Origin: Blasia pusilla
Taxonomy: Eukaryota
DNA: 64,000 nt
Assembly (NCBI GenBank): GCA_050084515.1
Contig: CM114271.1
Location: 1,302,001 to 1,366,000, forward strand
Direction of reading: 5' to 3'
The notes beneath the pieces are model-generated. The model did not search any database. It saw only the letters and a program-made list of their open reading frames with translations, and was not told where the DNA came from. Of this stretch, positions 1 through 8,368 are shown piece by piece. The translations under genes and the position numbers were made by a program. Positions within the stretch are counted from its first letter, which is position 1; the number at the start of each line of letters is the position of its first letter.

Positions 1-808
1 ACCGGCGGAAAAAGTATCCCGCATACGAAATTCGCGAGATACTGACACGTAGCTAACAGCTGGAGAACATGAGGTCTAGATGGGTTCGGTAGCAGACGAC
101 TGGTCTGTACACATCTGGCCACAGCGAGGCCAATGATGCGCGGTCCAACCTGAGAACAAGTTTCGTTCGTCGGAGGGAGCATTTGGATGGATGGGTGTGA
201 AATGTAACGATTCTCGGTTGCGCGCGCGGAAAGGCTCACGGTCGGAGCGAGTGGTGAAGGTGTGGCAGTGGACTGACTGACGGACTGAGTGACTGGCTAG
301 CATTCCCGTGCCAGATAGTACAAACAGCCACTCTAAGTTTAACCCGTGGTAGAATAGGTGAGGTACGTTTACAGGGTCTGTACGGACTCCTTATTGACCC
401 GCCCGCGCCCTCGCCCTGAGGATGGAGAAGAGTAACGTCCCCGTCTCCCTTCTTCCCTCGCCTACGTTCATCCCTCAACTACCCGCGGCAACTACAAGAG
501 CGCTGGCGCCCCCTCCTCTCAGACGCAGTCTGCCATTCGTTCTCTCCACCTCAATCGATCAAGCATCCGCTCGGAGTGCGTTCGTGTGTGGAGCTCAAAG
601 AGAGAAGAGTTATCGTGTCGCCAACCCTCAAGGAGCGCTCTGGTGTTTCTGGTGTGTCGGCTTACGGACGCGAAGCTTGGCTTGGCCAGAACGTTTTGGA
701 GAGTTGTGAACGGCCTCTGCCGTTTGAGGGCCGCGGGTCTCTCAATTTCGATCTGTTCTCGAGTGGGAGAAGGTGATCACCACGACGACCGCTAGGGGCA
801 GAGATTTA

Positions 809-1373
809 GTAAGTAATTACGGGGTCGGGACGATCTTTGGGCGTCGGTGTCGATGTCGGTGTCGTTTGTAGTGTTTCGCGTCTGGATCTTTTCCTCATTT
901 AGAACAGTGCATGGACCGAGATCGGAGTTCAACTGCTGTCTAGGTTGTTCGAGTTTTTGATGTATCCCTACTCGTTCTGAATCGGATTTGGTCTGCATCT
1001 GTTATTCCCGCTTTGTTCATAGTGTTCGCCTCAGTTATTTTTCTAAATCTGTGCTCCGCCCCCTCATGATTCTCAGTAGACGCTAGGAATACTGGACAGT
1101 TACTATTCTCTGCTACTTCGACCGGTCTCTCGTCCTTTTAGGCGAATGTGCGTAGTTAGTCTAAGTAACTGTCCCTGAAATGCCGTTAGTAAATTGAATT
1201 CTCTGTGAGCGAGTAGTGTGTGGCCCCGGGGTGCCAACAGGTTGCCATTCCTAATTGACCCTCCTTGATGACGCTATTTGGTGGATTTAGTTTGGACAGT
1301 CCCACTCTCACTCTCATTCTAGATCCTTCTCTCAAATTTGGTTCTGATGTCTCTCTTCTCTCCGATCTCTCAG
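809..1373 (+). other. First 5'-leader intron of the SAMDC-ODC gene
   Basis: Donor TTTA|GTAAGT at 809; long pyrimidine tract and TCTCAG| acceptor ending at 1373, 9 nt before the tiny uORF ATG. Plant SAMDC genes typically have a leader intron just upstream of the tiny uORF. No ATG seen in the preceding exon (about 520-808). Confidence 0.7.
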
Positions 1374-1382
1374 AAGGCCTTA

Positions 1383-1391
1383 ATGTTATAA
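1383..1391 (+). promoter_or_regulatory. SAMDC tiny uORF (ATG TTA TAA, Met-Leu-stop)
   Basis: Sequence aATGTTATAATGgag: the last A of the TAA stop (1391) is the A of the small uORF ATG. This is the canonical 1-nt TAATG overlap of plant SAMDC leaders. Confidence 0.9.
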
Positions 1392-1743
1392 TGGAGGCTA
1401 AAGGAGGTGACAAGAAGAATTGCAGCCGTAGTCCTTGGCAATACGAGAGTCCCCTCGGATACGTTGTGGAGGACGTCCGACCTCTCGGTGGTGTTGAGAA
1501 GTTCAGAAGTGCTGCATACTCTAACGTAAGTGCAAGTGACTTTGAGCCGTAAAATTGTGACATTGTGAAGTTTTGGATGCAACGTAAATTTAATGATTTT
1601 CCGCTGTAGTCAAATGCGGATTGTGATGTTTTCGTCATTTACGCCTCGTTACTGCGAATTCACATTCATATAACCTATGACATAACGCTTAACATGTTCA
1701 CCTGTCTCGTGATAATGTGCAGTGCGTGAGGAAGCCATCCTGA
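1391..1743 (+). CDS. SAMDC small uORF / leader peptide, 51 aa, two exons (1391-1525, 1723-1743)
   Basis: Spliced translation MEAKGGDKKNCSRSPWQYESPLGYVVEDVRPLGGVEKFRSAAYSN|CVRKPS* matches the conserved plant AdoMetDC leader peptide (MESKGGKKK...YEAPLGYSIEDVRP.GG..KF.S..YSNC..KPS). GT-AG intron 1526-1722 (AAC|GTAAGT...GTGCAG|TGC) is at the conserved N|C position. Confidence 0.93.
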
Positions 1744-1934
1744 TATACGCTAAAGGAGTGCGAATAGGAGTGGTGCTGCTGCCCCCTGGAGTGGTCTGAT
1801 CTGCTGCTCGCAGCTCCCCTGCAGATCATTGCTTCATAAATTCTGTTTCCCTGCCAGTTCTCTCCCACCCCCCCACCACAAATATCAAATCCATCCTCTT
1901 AGGGCGTTCGTTAGTCGTCAACTAGATCAGCGAA

Positions 1935-4520
1935 ATGGGAGTGTGTGTTACATCCGAGTCCGGAGTTGCAATGGAGGCCCAAGCAGTGAGTCCGGGATTT
2001 GAAGGTTTTGAGAAGAGGTTGGAAGTCGAGTTTCATCCTGCTCCTGTCTTCACTGATCCTTCGGGTAGGGGCCTCAGAGCTGTTTCCCGGTCACAGTTGG
2101 ATGCCATGCTGGATGCTGCGAAGTGCACTATTGTGTCAATACTTTGCAACGAGGAGTTTGATTCATATGTGCTATCTGAATCAAGTCTCTTTGTCTACCC
2201 CTTGAAGATCGTGTTGAAGACTTGTGGTACGACCCAAATTCTGAATGCTGTTCCGTCTCTTCTGGAGCTGGCTTCCGCACATTGTCTCAAACTACGGTGC
2301 TGCAAGTACTCTCGTGGTACTTTCATGTTCCCCTCCGTCCAGCCGTTCCCTCATGGGAGTTTCAGCGAGGAGGTGAGATACTTGGAGCGATACTTCGGTC
2401 ATCTGGGATTGGGGGGCAAAGCTTACGTCATGGGTAATATGGCCAAGTTTCCGAACTGGCATATTTACACAGCGTCCGACGAGAATGATTTCCGAACTGA
2501 GCGTACGTACACTTTGGAGATGTGTTTGACGAAGCTCGACAAGAAGAAGGCCGAACAGTTCTTCAATGCAGATGGTACAAAATCGGGTGCGGACATGACG
2601 GAGGCGGCAGGGATTAATAAGTTGTTACCCAACTCAAAGATATGCGATTTTGCATTTGAACCTTGTGGGTATTCGATGAACTCAATTGAAGGCGCAGCAC
2701 ACTCAACTATTCATGTTACTCCGGAAGATGGTTTTAGTTTTGCCAGTTTTGAGACTATGGGATACGGCCCTCGGGAAGTGGATCTGCAGTCTTTGGTGGC
2801 TGATGTCACCTCTGTCTTCAAGCCCGCTTGCTTTTCCCTGTGCCTCTACGCAACTGGTGGGACAGACAGCGTTATCCGGCCTGGGTCCTGGGGGATTCCA
2901 ATCTGTCCGCCAGGTTACGTTTGTGACGGCACGAGCCGACAGGAGCTGCCTTGCGGCAGTGTCGTAGTGTTTCACACCTTCAAGGATTCAGCTAACTGTT
3001 CAGTGGTATCCGTTCAACCCCTTGCCTTGCTGTTCGATTCGGAGGACAGGTTGCTGAACGGTGATTTCGTGCCCGATATTAAAATGGTCGTGAAGGAAAA
3101 TGCGGTATCCAAAGGCCTGTCATGCAGTGTTGTTAAGAATGTGTGGAAGAGCAGCGGTCTCTTTGATGGAGGAATGGCGGATGTGCTGGCAGAACTTAAG
3201 CCTGACATAGTTGGTTCTACTGTCACCGATATGGACTCGTTCATCCGAAAAAAAATTGCCGGAACTGGAATGGAAAGTGCATTCTATGTTTTGGATTTGG
3301 GTTTGATAACCAGGCAGTGGAAGCTGTGGCAGTCTTGCCTACCCCGTGTGAAACCGTTTTATGCCGTGAAGTGCAATCCCGAAGTGGCTCTTGTATCGTT
3401 CCTGGCTAAGCTGGGAGCTGGCTTTGACGTTGCTAGCAAGTCGGAACTTTTAGTCGTCACCAATATTGGTGTCGCCCCTGATGACATTATCTTCGCAAAT
3501 CCTTGCAAACTTCCGTCCCACATTGTGGAAGCTGGAAAACTGCATGTGCAACGTACTACGTTTGATTCCGAGTCTGAACTCTTCAAATTGAAGAAGTATT
3601 TACCGCAGGCAGAATTGGTTCTGCGGATCAGAGCTGAAGACGTGGAAAGCTGCTTTTCTGGTATCAAGTATGGGGCAGAGCTGGACGAGTGCGAACATCT
3701 TCTCACAGTTGCGAAGCAGCTGAGTCTGAAAGTAGTCGGGGTTGCGTTTCATGTCGGCAGCGGCGCGTCAGATCCTAATGCTTACGCATACGGGATTGCA
3801 CGTGCGAAGCAGGTATTTGATTTTGCAGCGTCTATCGGCTTGAATGAACTGAACCTTCTTGACATCGGTGGAGGCTTCGTTTCGAACGGGTCGGTCGGCG
3901 TAAGATTCCATAACGTTGCGTCTGCAATCAACAAGGCACTTGATGCATATTTTCCTCCAAGCATGGGAGTGAAGGTCATGGCAGAGCCGGGCCGGTTCTT
4001 CGCTGAAGATGCGTTCACTCTTGCCACTTACGTCTTCGGCAGTCGTATGCGTAAGAAGGGGGCGACTAAAGTAGCAGAATACTGGGTGAATGATGGCATT
4101 TATGGATCGATGAATTGTCTTCTGTATGCTAACGCCATCTTGTCTGTCCGTGCCTTGTCTCAAACTGAGGAAGTGGAGGTGGGGTGGCATGACAAGAACG
4201 AATACCCTTCCACCATCTTTGGCCCTACTTGCGATGGACTCGACTGTTTGATGCGTGATGTTTGGCTTCCTCAGCTGCAATGCGGCGACTGGCTGCTTTT
4301 CTTGCGCATGGGGGCATACACCAAAGCTGCCGGATCCAATTTCAACGGGTTCGATGTAAAAGATATTCCCACGTTTACCGTCTATTCTTGTAGTGAGAAG
4401 GATTATTCTTGCTTAGACCACGAATATGTGGGCGTAGAGAAACGCGACTCTTGTGAAGAATGCTCCATTTTTAGTTTTGGTAATCTCAGTAGTGGTAGTA
4501 GCAGTGACGACGAGCAGTAG
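1935..4520 (+). CDS. SAMDC-ODC: S-adenosylmethionine decarboxylase / ornithine decarboxylase-family fusion protein, 861 aa, intronless
   Basis: aa about 20-350 are plant AdoMetDC: GFEGFEKRLE, YVLSE|SSLFV pyruvoyl cleavage site (S83, nt 2181), KTCGTT, PCGYSMN, TIHVTPEDGFSFASFE. aa about 445-820 are a fold-type III PLP decarboxylase: PFYAVKCN (PLP Lys479, nt 3369), FDVAS, FANPCK, HVGSG, LDIGGGF, AEPGRFF, GPTCDGLD (Cys766), MGAYT, FNGF. One uninterrupted ORF across a linker of about 95 aa. Confidence 0.95.
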   Translation: MGVCVTSESGVAMEAQAVSPGFEGFEKRLEVEFHPAPVFTDPSGRGLRAVSRSQLDAMLDAAKCTIVSILCNEEFDSYVLSESSLFVYPLKIVLKTCGTTQILNAVPSLLELASAHCLKLRCCKYSRGTFMFPSVQPFPHGSFSEEVRYLERYFGHLGLGGKAYVMGNMAKFPNWHIYTASDENDFRTERTYTLEMCLTKLDKKKAEQFFNADGTKSGADMTEAAGINKLLPNSKICDFAFEPCGYSMNSIEGAAHSTIHVTPEDGFSFASFETMGYGPREVDLQSLVADVTSVFKPACFSLCLYATGGTDSVIRPGSWGIPICPPGYVCDGTSRQELPCGSVVVFHTFKDSANCSVVSVQPLALLFDSEDRLLNGDFVPDIKMVVKENAVSKGLSCSVVKNVWKSSGLFDGGMADVLAELKPDIVGSTVTDMDSFIRKKIAGTGMESAFYVLDLGLITRQWKLWQSCLPRVKPFYAVKCNPEVALVSFLAKLGAGFDVASKSELLVVTNIGVAPDDIIFANPCKLPSHIVEAGKLHVQRTTFDSESELFKLKKYLPQAELVLRIRAEDVESCFSGIKYGAELDECEHLLTVAKQLSLKVVGVAFHVGSGASDPNAYAYGIARAKQVFDFAASIGLNELNLLDIGGGFVSNGSVGVRFHNVASAINKALDAYFPPSMGVKVMAEPGRFFAEDAFTLATYVFGSRMRKKGATKVAEYWVNDGIYGSMNCLLYANAILSVRALSQTEEVEVGWHDKNEYPSTIFGPTCDGLDCLMRDVWLPQLQCGDWLLFLRMGAYTKAAGSNFNGFDVKDIPTFTVYSCSEKDYSCLDHEYVGVEKRDSCEECSIFSFGNLSSGSSSDDEQ

Positions 4521-7500
4521 GCATACCGTTGCATCTCGCATTTTTGTAATCCTTCAAAGGATATAGTTAGTTTTGAAATTAGGGCGGAGTATAAGACTGG
4601 AAATAATAGATGTATTATATTCTACTGTCTAAGTAGGTATGGAGCATACATCTGTCCCGAGCAAGTGTGCAGCAGTCAAAAGTAGATAATATGTCAGAAT
4701 TTTTTCTCCCTTCCTATACAGGGGCTTTTCATTGTCGACTATTGAACAATTTTGTTGCTACCTCTAGCTAACTAGAAACTCTGTCTAACTCAATAAAAAA
4801 GGTGATGAATTATTGACTGTATCGTGGCTATATAGTCGACAAGTAGATTGAACATTTGTCAAATACGTGCATATTTAACATTTATCAAATACGTGCATAT
4901 TCTTACTAACTTGAAAAATGCTGGAAGGCGAGAAATCTCTCTTCGTTGAGCTATAAGCCTGAATCAGGTTGTAAAATAAGGAAGGAGAAGTAATGAAAAA
5001 ATTAGCGATTTTGAAACTAACTCTTGAATTATTACAACTACTTGTGCAGTACGGAAAAGACACTCTCGAATCTATTTGGATTCCCTTGCGTAAGCCGAAA
5101 ATGCACAATGCCAATAGAAAGAGCGGGGAACCGCAGAGCTGGCGACCTCTGCTAAACTGGACAGATAAACTTGCCAAGTTTCTACGTGAAAGTTAATCAA
5201 GGGCCGTCTCTGTAAGTAACGTCAGCAAACGTCACAGCAGCCGTAACCATCGAAATTCGTCCACACGTAAGCATCTCTGAAACACACTGGAAATGAGAAA
5301 TGGTATTATAATTCCTCAGATGCTGCACACTGCCCAAAAATGCTACGAGAGCCGGTGCTGCTCCGTCCCACACCCGTTATCCTGGACTCTTGAGCGTGCT
5401 CATTTCGCAAAGCGAGAACCTGAAATAGGACTCGGCAAGTTGGTCGAACGTCAACGACAATGCTTAACACTGCTGTCAAAGTCATTCGGTGGTCTGCAAG
5501 TGGCGCCTGCGTTCATCTCTGTAGATCGACTTCTGCCATGCTCATCCGAAACGACCACGGGTCCCGGGCTGCAACACTTGTAACCTCTGCCTCCATCTCA
5601 ACAAATTCGTCTGTGCACCATAGATTTGGACGCCGCGGAACCTGAGGCCCTGGCCGTCAAAGGTTGTACTCGGTCAGGAAACGGTCTCCCTGTCTGCCAC
5701 CGGTCGCCACTCTGTAACACGATTCGCGCCCTAAACGGCTTCCACCCTGCCCCAGTCGCCCGCGTTCAGCTTTGGGAGGGGGTAACCTTTGCGTTGGGGT
5801 CGTTCACCACAAGCGAAGGTGTTCGCTGCACCATCCGATTTAAAGCACGCACGCGTCCGCTGGGTTGGATGCAATGGCATCCGAACTTGGGCCGCACCAT
5901 TCGCTCTAAAGCACGAAACCGCTCCCGAACTGGCACGCACGGAATTTCGTACCACGCTGGGCTGCACCGTCCGTTCGAAAGCACGCTCTCTCTTTCTCAG
6001 ATAGATGCAATTTCATCCGGATCCGCAACTGGACTCGTGATTCTCGTGAGCTAAAACCGAGTCCAGGACCAAACACCACGACGAAGCTAGCGAGGTATAT
6101 ATGGATGTTTGTCCCGTCCCTACCCGCACCTCTCTCCACTTCCTTAGTAACAGCCAACTTTGCCGACGCGGCACACTCATGACTTTCGTTGGCATTGTCG
6201 TAGATGCCCGCCTGATCATCCGTGCTCTGCATTCCACGTGATGCGGACTCGTGCTGACCGTACGAGCCAGTCACTCAACGAATCATGTGGACTCCTCAGT
6301 GTTCTCACTGTGTTCGAACTCTTCTCAGGACCGTGCGTTCTGAGAATCTGGGATTCTGAATATCGTCCCGTCTCGGCCCCCGGGTCTCGCTCGCTCGTAT
6401 ATCGCCGCGATTCCACCCACGTAGTGCGCCATCCAACTAAAGAGCGCGACCGCACCACTTCAAAGTTCAACGCCCCGTCAACTTCAGCTCGTTCCAGGCT
6501 CGCCGTGAAACGAGCGGGAAATGGTGCGGCGTCACATGGGCGCGCATGGACCATTTCCGTCCCTACCGCCTATTAAATGTGGGTCATGATTGAAGAGGGG
6601 TTGGTGCAAAACATGGCACTTGGGAGAGGACTCGAATCTGGGCATTCGCAATGGACTCACCATCCACTCCACTAGAATACCCTACGTGAAGTGTAGGGTA
6701 TTAACAAAATTATTAATCTGTTATCCAAAATAGAACTTGTGGTTTCAGGATCTTGACCTCGGGTTAACTAACATGAGGATGAATAGGCGCGAGGTTTCCG
6801 TCAAGTGTCATGGGATATATTCTACTCAAAGCATGCCCATTTCCGCATGTATCGTGGATGCTCATGGACTTGTGTTTCCAGCCTAGACCATATTCATCAT
6901 TCGATTGAGAATTCTTCAATGTGAAATGGATTTGCTTTCCTATTCACAAGAGGGTCGAGAATTCTTTACGACCACCACTGTGAGTCCCAAATGGATTCAG
7001 GATTCTCTTGGTGCTCCATCTCCTCACAAGCCACATATACTTTGTTAAACTTTCGACCTCAAATCTTAAGATGTGCTACTCCCCTCCACACTCCCTTATA
7101 ATTTGACCTATTTAGTGGGGGCCCCCAAACTATTTATGTCCATATGAGTGTTTTCTTTAACGTAAGAAAGACTTTCATGGAGTCTCCAAATGTTACTGGG
7201 TAACACTTGAATCATGCTCTTTTTTTTTTTTCCCAAATATGCTCTTAATGTACTTTGATATCTTGAAAGAGAGCAAGGTTTCTTCTCATGGCATGATAGT
7301 TATTCTTTAGATATGTTTTGTAAGATGATTATGTGTGAGATGAAAATAGAGACCAACCAAGATTAATTTTTTATTACATCTCATATCTTACAAGAGATAT
7401 CATCCATAGTCATCCTTGGACCCTAAATGGGACCATACTATAAGTGGATGGAAATGGATAAAAGCACTAACTTTCTAATTTGATATAGATTCTCATTAGT

Positions 7501-7593
7501 AACCCAAATACATTGACATAATTTTTGCAAAGGATAAACATATAAAAAAAAGTGCACATAAGGTCGAAAAAATTTTATTATATATATATATAG

Positions 7594-7819
7594 CGGGTCC
7601 CATGGGCGGGACGTCGCGGCGACCTTCGGGAATCGCCACTTTTTCTGCGCCCAAAATTTTTTGGGCGTAGAAATTGTCCAATGTCATGGCGACGCTTTTC
7701 ACTACATATCTGACGGTTTCTGCTAAAATCCTTTGTACTTTCTTGGCTTGTCCTACGGAAATACAAAATGGTCACATAAATAAGGTCGTCGAGACCTCTA
7801 CGGAGGCCCATGGGACCCG
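7594..7819. mobile_element. 226-bp MITE-like element inside a (TA)n microsatellite
   Basis: Perfect 14-bp terminal inverted repeats CGGGTCCCATGGGC (7594-7607) and GCCCATGGGACCCG (7806-7819); (TA)n runs on both sides; no coding capacity. Confidence 0.7.
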
Positions 7820-8314
7820 ATATATATATATATATATATATATATAGGAACTTTATACTTTGATATATATTCTCACGACTCTCACAAAGAAGACGTAATA
7901 ATTTGTGTGAAGGATGAGTTTATTAGCAAAAATTTACAAAAGGTTGCAAAAGACCATGCTAACAAAGTTTTTTGAATTGGTGAGTTTTGTTGGATAAAAG
8001 ATCTTCAAATTTGATGTGTTGAGTTTGTTATAATTTCATTTAAAATTTTCTGATATACTAAATATTTCATACATTTTTTTTCTAATTATTTTTAACTATT
8101 GTTAGTTCTGCAAACTATGGTTGGAAGTTCACCATGGTCACAAGTCTCTTAGTTGGTTAGATTACTACTTATCTCTTAACCATTTTTGTTAGTTCTGGTT
8201 TTGTAAATTGTGCTCATGGTGTGTTGGCCTCCTCCTAGTGTGTTGGCTTACATGGTATGCTCGCCTGCTCATGTTGTGTTGGCCCTTCCACCTTCCCTTC
8301 TAGGAAACTCTATA

Positions 8315-8317
<3 letters not shown>

Positions 8318-8365
<48 letters not shown>
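8318..8365. repeat. (CT)n microsatellite
   Basis: About 24 consecutive CT units read directly from the sequence. Confidence 0.95.

Positions 8366-8368
<3 letters not shown>

Noticed and set aside
1265-1552. 95-aa ORF-track protein containing the SAMDC leader peptide
   Set aside because: It starts inside leader intron 1 and runs into intron 2; the supported product is the spliced 51-aa small uORF.
2980-3280. SAMDC and ODC as two adjacent genes or joined by programmed frameshift/readthrough
   Set aside because: The linker is open in the same frame with no stop and leaves no room for a terminator and promoter, so no recoding is needed.
5825-5986. CRISPR-like repeat-spacer pattern
   Set aside because: Only three degenerate repeats, no cas genes and a eukaryotic nuclear context; kept only as an unexplained repeat.
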